From a virus (Duplodnaviria > Caudoviricetes), in the IMG/VR virus record IMGVR_UViG_3300017565_000031, positions 1 through 36,285 of that record: a DNA stretch of 36,285 nucleotides, one strand, 5' to 3'. This document shows positions 7,249 through 15,083 of this stretch, piece by piece. Made by a program: the position numbers and the translations under genes. The notes under the pieces were generated by a model that saw nothing but the letters and a program-made list of their open reading frames with translations, was not told where the DNA came from and made no database searches. Position 1 is the stretch's first letter. Each line of letters opens with the position of its first letter.

Positions 7249-7919
7249 TGGCGAAGGAGATTCGCACAGTCAAACGTGACCTGTGGCGTTCGGACGATTT
7301 CAACGGCCTGTCCCGTGACGCTCGCCTCACATGGGTTGCGCTCATCAGCTACGCGGACGACCACGGCAGGTTCAAAGCCGACCCTCGGGAACTGTGGGCG
7401 TTCGCATGGTTGCACGACGGCGACATGCATGTGGAGGACGTCGGTCACCACCTGGCCGAGATGGTCGAGCGGGGCATGATTCACGCCTATTCGGTGGACG
7501 GTCGGGACTATTTCGAGATCCCAACATGGTCGAAGCATCAGCGGGTGGATAACGCGGCGAAGTCTCCTATTCCTGCCCCTCGCGGCGATTCGCCGCAGTC
7601 TGCCGCGGTTCGCGGCGAACTGCCGCACGCTGCCGCTGGAGGGGAGGGGAGGGGAGAGGAAGGGAGGGGAGATGCCGCGGACCGCGGCGAACCCCCCGCC
7701 CCGTTCTGCTCGAAGCATCCCGGCGGTACGGATGATCCGTGCCGGGCGTGCGGGAACGCGCGTCGTCGTCGGGATGAGTGGGATGCGGAGGTTCGTAATC
7801 GGGCGACTCCGACTCCGAAGCGTGGTCCGTGCGATCACTCGAAAGCAACCAAGCAGGGTCTGACGGTGTGCGAGTGCGATGCGCGACTCGAGGACGGCGT
7901 ATGGAGGGCAGTCGCATGA
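7248..7919 (+). CDS. Putative replication initiator (223 aa)
   Basis: IRTVKRDLW...LSRDARL.W..L.SYADDHGRF...W.KHQR N-terminus, a repeat-encoded linker, and a C-terminal CSKHP...CRAC region, as in actinophage initiator-like proteins. Confidence 0.7.
   Translation: MAKEIRTVKRDLWRSDDFNGLSRDARLTWVALISYADDHGRFKADPRELWAFAWLHDGDMHVEDVGHHLAEMVERGMIHAYSVDGRDYFEIPTWSKHQRVDNAAKSPIPAPRGDSPQSAAVRGELPHAAAGGEGRGEEGRGDAADRGEPPAPFCSKHPGGTDDPCRACGNARRRRDEWDAEVRNRATPTPKRGPCDHSKATKQGLTVCECDARLEDGVWRAVA
7581..7692 (+). repeat. Imperfect 30-bp tandem repeats plus a polypurine tract inside the initiator gene (candidate ori)
   Basis: CGCGGCGATTCGCCGCAGTCTGCCGCGGTT (7581-7610), CGCGGCGAACTGCCGCACGCTGCCGCTGGA (7611-7640), G/A-only tract 7638-7672, and a partial copy at 7673-7692. 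Confidence 0.65.
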
Positions 7920-8980
7920 AGCCGTACTACGCCGACGATCTCGTGACGCTGCATCAGGGCGATGCGCTCGATGTGTCCCGCGAGCTCGATCCGGGGTCGG
8001 TGCAGACGATCGTCACATCACCGCCATACTTCGGCCTCCGCGATTACGGAGTCGACGGTCAGCTCGGCGCTGAGCAGTCCGTGCAGGAGTACGTCGACCG
8101 GATGGTTGCCCTATTCCGCAGCCTCCGTGACGTGCTCGCGGATGACGGGACGCTGTGGCTCAATCTCGGCGACTCGTACAGCGGTGCCGGCCCGTCCGGG
8201 GCGTCCTACGACTCAGCAACGACTAGACGCCGCGCTGAGGGTGACGGCATGGACGGCAAGTTTCGCGTCTCTAAGCGGCTCGCAGAGCGTGATCTGGACT
8301 ACTCGCGCAAGAAGCCCGTCCCTACCAGTGGGATACCGGCAAAGAACCTTATCGGCGTCCCGTGGCGTGTCGCGTTCGCGCTCCAAGACGACGGGTGGAT
8401 TCTCCGGTCGGACATCATCTGGGCGAAACCGAACCCGATGCCGGAGAGCGTGGCGGACCGGCCGACGAAGGCGCACGAGTACCTGTTCCTGATGAGTAAG
8501 TCGCCCCGGTACTACTACGACGCGGAGGCGATCAAGGAACCGGCGATCACAGGATTCAACGGGTCCGAGTTCCACACGGGCAAGACGGGCGAGCATCAGC
8601 TCGAGCGTGCGTCGAAGCAGCCACGATTCGGGGGGAATAAATACGGGCTCGGCAACGACACCCCGAAGTCGGGGAACGAGTACGCACCGAACGGACGGGC
8701 GAACAAGCGCACCGTCTGGTCTGTGCCCACGGTGCCGTTCAGTGAGGCGCACTTCGCCGTATACCCGCCTGAACTGATCCGCCCCTGCATCCTCGCCGGC
8801 TCGAGGCGTGGCGACACCGTGCTCGACCCGTTCTCGGGCTCTGGAACGACGGGCATGGTCGCCACGCAGGAGGGACGCCGCTACATCGGCGTCGACCTGA
8901 ATCGGGAGTACCTCGAGCTGAGTCTGCGGTCGAGGTTCGCTCAGCCGGTGCTCGACATGACGGGCGGTGATGTCGCATGA
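7916..8980 (+). CDS. DNA amino-methyltransferase (N4-C/N6-A, beta class)
   Basis: TSPPY catalytic motif precedes the VLDPFSGSGTTG SAM-binding motif; IIWAKPNPMPES and HFAVYP also present. Confidence 0.93.
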   Translation: MKPYYADDLVTLHQGDALDVSRELDPGSVQTIVTSPPYFGLRDYGVDGQLGAEQSVQEYVDRMVALFRSLRDVLADDGTLWLNLGDSYSGAGPSGASYDSATTRRRAEGDGMDGKFRVSKRLAERDLDYSRKKPVPTSGIPAKNLIGVPWRVAFALQDDGWILRSDIIWAKPNPMPESVADRPTKAHEYLFLMSKSPRYYYDAEAIKEPAITGFNGSEFHTGKTGEHQLERASKQPRFGGNKYGLGNDTPKSGNEYAPNGRANKRTVWSVPTVPFSEAHFAVYPPELIRPCILAGSRRGDTVLDPFSGSGTTGMVATQEGRRYIGVDLNREYLELSLRSRFAQPVLDMTGGDVA

Positions 8981-9288
8981 GTCAGGTCAAGATCCGCAAT
9001 ATCACCGCGACGGTCGAGGGCAGTGACCTGTGGCGGGCTGAGTCGAAACTCGGTGCGGATGGGCTGCGGTCGGGGATTACGGCCGCGGTCGAGTCGGCGG
9101 TGCGAGTCATGGCGACATCGGGGCATCGGTCCCTGTCGGCGCGCGTCGCGGAACTGCATCGTGCGGGCTTGTGTGACGCGTTGATCGCAGGCGAGCTGAA
9201 CGTCGTGAAGTACCGCGTCGGTGATATTCGCCGGCGTCTCGGATTGGAACCGAACCGGTGCCACCGGTCGGGAGGAAGGCGACAGTGA
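8977..9288 (+). CDS. Hypothetical protein with a C-terminal HTH
   Basis: VAELHRAGLCDALIAGELNV...VGDIRRRLGL. Confidence 0.65.
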   Translation: MSQVKIRNITATVEGSDLWRAESKLGADGLRSGITAAVESAVRVMATSGHRSLSARVAELHRAGLCDALIAGELNVVKYRVGDIRRRLGLEPNRCHRSGGRRQ

Positions 9289-9308
9289 ACGTCCTCAAAT
9301 CCCCGGAT

Positions 9309-9330
9309 TCGAACGTCCGTTCGATAGAAT
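9309..9330 (+). promoter_or_regulatory. LexA (SOS) box abutting a -10 element
   Basis: TCGAAC-GTCC-GTTCGA (9309-9324) matches the actinobacterial consensus TCGAAC-N4-GTTCGA exactly and is followed immediately by TAGAAT (9325-9330). Confidence 0.8.
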
Positions 9331-9410
9331 CAAAGCGGCCCCAAACCGAGTGCGCTAACACTCGCCGGGGCCTAACCCTCAACCAAGGTCTAGTTGATTG
9401 GAGGGCTACC

Positions 9411-9893
9411 GTGAATGGTACCCAAGACCCCCTTATCGTTGCTCGCTTCTGGAGCAAGGTCGAAGTGCGTCGCCCAGGCGAATGCTGGGACTGGCGCGCG
9501 AAGTCAGTCGGGAGCGGCGGTCACGGAGTGTTCCGCCCGAGCAAGTCCCTCCCACTAGTGAAGGCTCACAGATTCGCGTGGGAGGCCGCACATGGCCCCA
9601 TCGCAGACGGAGTCATTCTTCGCCATCGATGCGATAACGCTGGGTGTTGCAATCCCGCGCACATGATCCCCGGCACTCAGGCCCAGAACGTGGCCGACAT
9701 GCACATGCGCCGCCGTCGCCGCTACAAGACCCAGTTCTCGGACCAGCAGATCATCCAGATTCGCGAGCGGTATCTCGCCGGAGAGTCGCAGAGGTCGCTC
9801 GCTCAAGAGTTCGAGTGCTCGCAGAGCTACATATCCATGATCGTTCGCGGCGTCCGAGGCGTCGCGGCAATGAAGGGAATCAGAGATGAATGA
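9411..9893 (+). CDS. HNH endonuclease with a C-terminal HTH (160 aa)
   Basis: RFWSKV...CWDW...AHRFAW...[15 protein letters not shown]...GTQAQN; SD GGAGG before the GTG at 9411. An alternative coupled start exists at 9285. Confidence 0.88.
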   Translation: MNGTQDPLIVARFWSKVEVRRPGECWDWRAKSVGSGGHGVFRPSKSLPLVKAHRFAWEAAHGPIADGVILRHRCDNAGCCNPAHMIPGTQAQNVADMHMRRRRRYKTQFSDQQIIQIRERYLAGESQRSLAQEFECSQSYISMIVRGVRGVAAMKGIRDE

Positions 9894-10353
9894 AACCGTC
9901 GTTTGCGTCGTCGGCAACCTGACCGCCGACCCGGAGTTGCGTTTCACGCAGTCGGGTCTCGCGGTCGTGAACTTCACGATCGCTAGTACGCCGAAGACGT
10001 TCGACAAGGCGAAGAACGAGTGGGTCAACGGCGAGACGCTGTTCCTGCGGGCGTCGTGCTGGCGTGAGTTCGCGGAGCATGTCGCGGGCAGTCTCTCGAA
10101 GGGTTCGCGGGTCGTCGCGACGGGGAAGCTGCGGTCGCGTGCGTATGAGACCCGTGAGGGTGAGAAGCGGACGTCGATTGAGTTGGATGTGGACGAGATT
10201 GGTCCGTCGCTGCGATATGCGACGGCGACTGTGACCAGGAGCGCGTCAAACGACCGAGCAAACGGCTCACCAAGCGCGATTTCAGGGAATGACTCGTGGA
10301 ATGCGCCCGCAGATTGGACGGAGGTCGGCAATGTCTCCGAAACGCCGTTCTAG
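9886..10353 (+). CDS. ssb: Single-stranded DNA-binding protein
   Basis: [13 protein letters not shown]...[11 protein letters not shown]...[12 protein letters not shown]; acidic tail ending in TPF. Confidence 0.97.
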   Translation: MNETVVCVVGNLTADPELRFTQSGLAVVNFTIASTPKTFDKAKNEWVNGETLFLRASCWREFAEHVAGSLSKGSRVVATGKLRSRAYETREGEKRTSIELDVDEIGPSLRYATATVTRSASNDRANGSPSAISGNDSWNAPADWTEVGNVSETPF

Positions 10354-10618
10354 TCACATTGAGGGTCTGACGGAGTACGCGACCGAGCGAGAGACAACGG
10401 TCACCTACTCGCCGGGTGATCCGGTCGTGCGGATCTGGACGAGCGTCGCGAAGCATCTGCGGGCGTTCCGAGCTGACTCGGGCTACTCCGAAACGAGGTC
10501 TTGGCCGGCTGACGGTCTGACCCCCGAGGCGGCTGAGTTCACGATTCGCCGTGACTTGTACGAAGTGGCTCGTGGGCGTCGTCGTCCGCGTGGTCCGAAG
10601 GGAGACGCCGATGCCTGA
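10331..10618 (+). CDS. Hypothetical protein (95 aa)
   Basis: SD GGAGG; ERETTVTY...VRIWTS. Confidence 0.65.
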   Translation: MSPKRRSSHIEGLTEYATERETTVTYSPGDPVVRIWTSVAKHLRAFRADSGYSETRSWPADGLTPEAAEFTIRRDLYEVARGRRRPRGPKGDADA

Positions 10619-10865
10619 CACCTACACGCCGACGACGGGGGAGGTGCGCGACACATTCGCAGCGTTTCACTACACGAGCCGTCATGGGTCGGAGGTCGCC
10701 ACCGAGTTCGACCGGTGGCTAGCGCAGGAGCAGGCGAAGGCGTGGGATGAGGGTGCGCTGTGGGCTGCTGTCGAGTGCGGCGTCATTGCCAACGAGCACG
10801 GGCGGTTTCTCGCTCCCGGCGACAACCCCTACCGCGCTCGTCTCTCCTCTGGAGGTGAGGGATGA
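10611..10865 (+). CDS. Hypothetical phage protein (84 aa)
   Basis: YTPTT.EVR...EFDRWLA...KAWDEG...NPYR, a pattern seen in small actinophage genes. Confidence 0.75.
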   Translation: MPDTYTPTTGEVRDTFAAFHYTSRHGSEVATEFDRWLAQEQAKAWDEGALWAAVECGVIANEHGRFLAPGDNPYRARLSSGGEG

Positions 10866-11014
10866 GCGAGCCATGCCCGTACTGCGGGCGCTTCATGCGT
10901 CAGGTCTGGCACCAGGCGTCCGACGAGCCGGACAGTTGGCAGGACTACTGGCGATGCGTCCAGCACGAGAAGCACAAGAAGGACCATCCAGACGATTTCG
11001 GAGGCCCCCGATGA
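10862..11014 (+). CDS. Small Cys/His protein (50 aa)
   Basis: Translated by hand: MSEPCPYCGRFMRQVWHQASDEPDSWQDYWRCVQHEKHKKDHPDDFGGPR; ATGA coupling at both ends. Confidence 0.65.
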   Translation: MSEPCPYCGRFMRQVWHQASDEPDSWQDYWRCVQHEKHKKDHPDDFGGPR

Positions 11015-11226
11015 CCTCCATCCAGCAGGCCGCAGAAGGCGCTGAGTGGGCGCTTGAGCGTGCGGCGCGTGTCGTGGAATCGAACCTTGGGCGGTCGTGG
11101 ATCGGCACTGAGACGCCGAGGGACATCGCCACCGCTATCCGTTCCCTGTCCACCACGTCTATCCCGATTTCCGGATCATCCGGGTCTGATCGCGAAAACA
11201 CGATAAAGGAGGAGAGCAATGAGTGA
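11011..11226 (+). CDS. Hypothetical protein (71 aa)
   Basis: SD GGAGG; ALERAARVV...DIATAIRSL. Confidence 0.65.
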   Translation: MTSIQQAAEGAEWALERAARVVESNLGRSWIGTETPRDIATAIRSLSTTSIPISGSSGSDRENTIKEESNE

Positions 11227-11464
11227 GATTCAAGCGTCGGGGCGCTACAGGGTCTGGTACATCCCGCAGGTTCCGATGCCTGCATTCGAGCGAGAGTTCA
11301 GCGACCTGGAGACAGCGAAGGTGGTCCTCAACGCGATCATCGACTTCTCGATTTTCGAGTTCGAGAGCCGAATCAAGCCGGACTACTCCGACATGGCAGG
11401 TATCGCTGTTTGGGACGGCGAGGACTGGGAAGATCTGGACGAGAGCGAGTGGTCTGATGCCTGA
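11219..11464 (+). CDS. P22 gp17-like protein (81 aa)
   Basis: RVWYIPQVPM..F and IKPDY motifs with an acidic Trp-rich tail resemble, from memory, the P22 gene 17 family. Confidence 0.65.
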   Translation: MSEIQASGRYRVWYIPQVPMPAFEREFSDLETAKVVLNAIIDFSIFEFESRIKPDYSDMAGIAVWDGEDWEDLDESEWSDA

Positions 11465-11774
11465 TCTCGATGCCCTGCTGACCGAGGCGGATCAGTTCGT
11501 CGCTACTCGCGGTGAGTCTCGACGCGACACAGATCTCGTGCAGCGTCTCGCATCCGCTCTCCGTTCCGTCCAGGTACCGGTGACCGAGGAGATGGGATGG
11601 GAGTACGGGGTCACGCGCGATCCCGGTTCGGCGTACGCGGAGTACACGGTCGGAACTGAGGGTGTGGTTCGCGAGTACGCGGCGAAACGCCCGCACCTCC
11701 ACGCGTGTCGCCGACGCAAGGCTGGCCCCTGGGAGACCTTGCCCACCCCCGGCACCACAACAGAGGAGGAATGA
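11457..11774 (+). CDS. Hypothetical protein (105 aa)
   Basis: Starts MPDLDALL; contains WEYGV...RRRKAGPWE. Confidence 0.7.
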   Translation: MPDLDALLTEADQFVATRGESRRDTDLVQRLASALRSVQVPVTEEMGWEYGVTRDPGSAYAEYTVGTEGVVREYAAKRPHLHACRRRKAGPWETLPTPGTTTEEE

Positions 11775-11777
11775 GAG

Positions 11778-11963
11778 ATGGCCCGACAGTTCATTGCGAT
11801 CGTCACCGTTGAGGACGGGACGACGTTCAATCAGATTCGAGAGGCGGCGCAGTCGTTCATCGAGTGTACGCCGATGTTCGTCGAGGCGGTTCGGTTCACG
11901 GAGGCGCGGGAGTATCGCCTTCCGCCACTTTCGGAGCCGACCCCATCCGTAGGGGAGGAATGA
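11778..11963 (+). CDS. Hypothetical protein (61 aa)
   Basis: SD GGAGG; flanked by identical 16-bp junction sequences. Confidence 0.65.
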   Translation: MARQFIAIVTVEDGTTFNQIREAAQSFIECTPMFVEAVRFTEAREYRLPPLSEPTPSVGEE

Positions 11964-11966
11964 GAG

Positions 11967-12308
11967 ATGAAGCGCACCAATGAGATCCAGGGCACCCGAC
12001 GACTTCCCGATCTCGACTACCGAGAGAACTTCTCCATGCGGAAGGACCCCCCAGGCACCTACGTCAAGATCGTGAACTTCCCGCCGATGGCGGTTGGGCC
12101 GACAAACCTCACGGGCGACCTTTGGTTCGTGATTACACCGAATGGACTGCTTGGCAATCTCGGCAATCACACCGTGCGAGAGGAAGATGACGGCACGATC
12201 TCCGTGAATCCTGGGGATGGGTCCAGTAACAGCATTCTCGTCAACGGGGGTGAACAGGGCTCCTGGCATGGATACATCACTCGTGGCCTGTGGTGGAGCC
12301 TCGCATGA
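11967..12308 (+). CDS. Hypothetical protein, DUF6527-like
   Basis: HTVREEDDGTISVNP...SILV...WHGYITRGLW. Confidence 0.55.
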   Translation: MKRTNEIQGTRRLPDLDYRENFSMRKDPPGTYVKIVNFPPMAVGPTNLTGDLWFVITPNGLLGNLGNHTVREEDDGTISVNPGDGSSNSILVNGGEQGSWHGYITRGLWWSLA

Positions 12309-12814
12309 CCGCCATCGACCTCGACGCGATCCGAGCACGACACCGGAAGACCCGAGTGCAGGTCGGCTCCGAGACGCACGGTGGCCCACCGCAGTACGGC
12401 GACGTGTGCGTCCAGTCAGGGTGTGGTGTGGCGTGGCCCTGCGAGACTGCCGCGCTCCTGGCGGAGATTGACCGTCTCCTCGCCCTGGTGTCCGAACCGC
12501 CGACCGACGACGAGGTGAAGGCGCTGGTTGCCGTGCTTGACCCCGCAGATTCGTCGCGGCACAGCGGGCGTCTCTGGGCAGGTCGAAGCCTTCATGCTAC
12601 TCAGGCCCAGGAGATTGCTAACGCGATCATCGCCGCTGGCTTCACCCGCCGCCCCATGCCGAGCGAGGACGAGATCGCTCGCGCGATGGCCGCTGCGATC
12701 AACTCGGAGACGGGACAGGAGTCCGGCTGGACGTTGACGCCTGGCGGTGGAGAACGAATGGTCAGGATCTGCGCCGCCACTGCACTCGCCCTGTTCAAGG
12801 GAGCCGAGGGATGA
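12305..12814 (+). CDS. Hypothetical mosaic protein (169 aa)
   Basis: LDAIRARH...C...WPCETAALLAEIDRL...IANAIIAAGF. Confidence 0.7.
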   Translation: MTAIDLDAIRARHRKTRVQVGSETHGGPPQYGDVCVQSGCGVAWPCETAALLAEIDRLLALVSEPPTDDEVKALVAVLDPADSSRHSGRLWAGRSLHATQAQEIANAIIAAGFTRRPMPSEDEIARAMAAAINSETGQESGWTLTPGGGERMVRICAATALALFKGAEG

Positions 12815-12948
12815 CGTTCAAGATGCATCGCCGGACTGACCCGGCGTGCCGCCGACACCGCGTACCGAGGTGGTGGTTCGACCGGTGGTGGTTCGACCGG
12901 AATCGCGGCTATAGCTGCCAGGTCTGCATGAAGGGGGCAGAGGGATGA
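12811..12948 (+). CDS. Small Cys/His protein (45 aa)
   Basis: Translated by hand: MTFKMHRRTDPACRRHRVPRWWFDRWWFDRNRGYSCQVCMKGAEG; ATGA coupling at both ends. Confidence 0.6.
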   Translation: MTFKMHRRTDPACRRHRVPRWWFDRWWFDRNRGYSCQVCMKGAEG

Positions 12949-13301
12949 CCCCCGACGAGATGAAGGCGCTGATCGACAGTGTGGCCCACGATATTGTGGA
13001 GCACCGCTGGCCGCACGTCGATGCTGAGGTATTCGAGGAGCTTCGACAGGCGCATCTCGATCTCGCAGAGAAGATCGTCACCGAGGTCCTAGCCGCCCTG
13101 TCCGCTCACCCCGCCGAGGAGACGGACAGCGCACGACGACTGCTGTGGATCATCGCTGATCGCAACATCGACGGCATCACAATCTCAGATGCGGAGCTTG
13201 TGGCCGTGCCGCGCTTGCCGGGGATCAGCGTCGAGCGCGACCTCGAACGGGGCGTCACGGTGATTCGCGCGGTCCCTACTGACAGGGAGGCCGACGCATG
13301 A
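12945..13301 (+). CDS. Hypothetical protein (118 aa)
   Basis: Coupled ORF in the early operon. Confidence 0.7.
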   Translation: MTPDEMKALIDSVAHDIVEHRWPHVDAEVFEELRQAHLDLAEKIVTEVLAALSAHPAEETDSARRLLWIIADRNIDGITISDAELVAVPRLPGISVERDLERGVTVIRAVPTDREADA

Positions 13302-14011
13302 TCGCCGACAGCGAGTTTCGCGATAGGAGAGACATGAACACCCTGCTCGACGTCGACGCTGACGTGTCTATCCGTAAACTCGTCGCCCCGTGGTCTGACG
13401 TGCTGTCCCCGAAGGAAACCGGGACGGGTCGGTATCAGCCGGTCGATTACCCGCCACTGCTGGACATGCTCGATGAGGCGTGCCGATCAAATATTGGGGG
13501 TGTGCCGACTGGGGGTCGCTCGGACCCATCCGCACGGAACCTACTGAACCTCGAGGCGCACATGCTTCGGGAGCATATTGACGGGACGGTGCGCGCGTGG
13601 CTTCGGGAACTGTCGAAAGCGCGTGCCGAGGTCGAGTTGAAGTCTGCTCTGGCGCAGCTCGCCGGAGTGCTGAACGCACACCATGCGGCGGGGACGATGC
13701 CGGATAGTGAGTGGGAGCGGATCAGCCGATTCTTCCCGCGGTGGTGTGACCGAATCTGGCAGTTGTTTGACCCGCCCGTCGTGAAGGAACTTGCGGGTGC
13801 GTGCCCTTCCTGCACGGAGACGACGTTCACGGGCCTCGACGGGGCGAAGACAACGGCGCTCATCGCGTACTACTGGAAGGGCATCCGGCCGGAAGCAAAA
13901 TGTCAGAGGTGCGGGGAACACTGGAGTGGCGAGCGGGCGTTGCTTGATCTCGGCTACCACCTGGGCGCAACGGTCGACGAGGACGCACTGCGAGAAATGG
14001 GAGTGCTGTGA
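13298..14011 (+). CDS. Zn-ribbon protein, possible late-gene regulator
   Basis: PPLLDML...CPSC...CQRCGEHW; lies near the end of the early operon. Alternative start at 13334. Confidence 0.55.
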   Translation: MIADSEFRDRRDMNTLLDVDADVSIRKLVAPWSDVLSPKETGTGRYQPVDYPPLLDMLDEACRSNIGGVPTGGRSDPSARNLLNLEAHMLREHIDGTVRAWLRELSKARAEVELKSALAQLAGVLNAHHAAGTMPDSEWERISRFFPRWCDRIWQLFDPPVVKELAGACPSCTETTFTGLDGAKTTALIAYYWKGIRPEAKCQRCGEHWSGERALLDLGYHLGATVDEDALREMGVL

Positions 14012-14640
14012 GACTGCAAAAGGTCAGGATGAGAACCACGAACGGGGAGTCCGAGATGCGGTTCTACTGCCGGTTGTGCCGCAGTCACATCTCACGTCCG
14101 TCCGCCTATGAGATCGATCATCGCAATCCCGGGATATGCGATCTCTGCTCAGAGCTTGTACTGAGTTTGATGCGCGACCACGGCTCAAAGTGGGCGACGC
14201 TGGACAAGCGGGAGTTTGAACAACGACTTGGCGAGGACGAGCGCGAGAGGAAACACCGGAAGAGTGTTGAGCGCCTTGCGCGCGGGAGTACCGACCCTGG
14301 CTGGGTCTACTACGTCGAGCAGGGCGACCTCATCAAGATCGGGTACTCCGCGAACCCGCTCGGCCGGATGAAGTCCTATGGCCCGACCGCCCATCTGATG
14401 GCGGTTCACCCAGGGACGCTCGCTCTCGAGAAAGAGATCCATGCGCAGTTCCGCCGCTACCTCGCTCGCGGCAGGGAGTGGTTCTCTCGGCATGAAGTGG
14501 TCCTTGCCCATGTTGCAAGCGTCCGAGAGCGATTCGGCGACCCGTCCGTCTTCGCCTACGCCTACACGATTCCGCCAGAGAAACGTGGCTCCGGCGTGTC
14601 GCAGCGAAAAACATCAGCGCGCTTCCAACTCGTCAGGTAG
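14008..14640 (+). CDS. GIY-YIG / T5orf172 (MUG113)-like domain protein with N-terminal CxxC pairs
   Basis: WVYYV...IKIGYS.NP..R...E.EIH.QF...GREWF; alternative start at 14056 with SD GGAG. Confidence 0.8.
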   Translation: MRLQKVRMRTTNGESEMRFYCRLCRSHISRPSAYEIDHRNPGICDLCSELVLSLMRDHGSKWATLDKREFEQRLGEDERERKHRKSVERLARGSTDPGWVYYVEQGDLIKIGYSANPLGRMKSYGPTAHLMAVHPGTLALEKEIHAQFRRYLARGREWFSRHEVVLAHVASVRERFGDPSVFAYAYTIPPEKRGSGVSQRKTSARFQLVR

Positions 14641-14678
14641 ACTCGCGAGTACGCGCCATTAGTGCGCTCTGAATCGGG

Positions 14679-14705
14679 AAGCCTCGCCTCGAGCGGGGCT
14701 TTCGT
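14679..14705 (+). terminator. Terminator-like hairpin after the early operon
   Basis: AAGCCTCGC-CTCGA-GCGGGGCTT followed by a short T run. Confidence 0.55.
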
Positions 14706-14855
14706 CATTCCCACGGCCGATCGCACGACGACGGCTCTTTTCGCCGTTGCGGCCCTGATCTTCCCGACTCCCGAGACACACTCACACCGCCCTGAGCGGT
14801 CATGCTCGCGAGATTGTCGGGATCACCCCTCACCCGCTCGCACGGGAGGTACAGC

Positions 14856-15083
14856 ATGTCCAAACTTGCGGAGCGTATCGCTCAGGCTCAACCGAAACCG
14901 CGTCTACGGTTGGATGATTGGTTCGCCGGCCTCGATGCTGAGGACCGTGCAGCCGTGCAGAACGTGGCACTCGACCCGGCATGGACGAACGTCATGCTGG
15001 TCTCATTCCTCGCAGGTGAGGGATTGGAGATCGGCAAGGACGCGGTGGCGGCGTGGAGGGCTCGCCTTGGGTTCCGTCGCTGA
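14856..15083 (+). CDS. Hypothetical protein (75 aa), possible HTH
   Basis: SD GGAGG; starts MSKLAERIAQ. Confidence 0.75.
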   Translation: MSKLAERIAQAQPKPRLRLDDWFAGLDAEDRAAVQNVALDPAWTNVMLVSFLAGEGLEIGKDAVAAWRARLGFRR

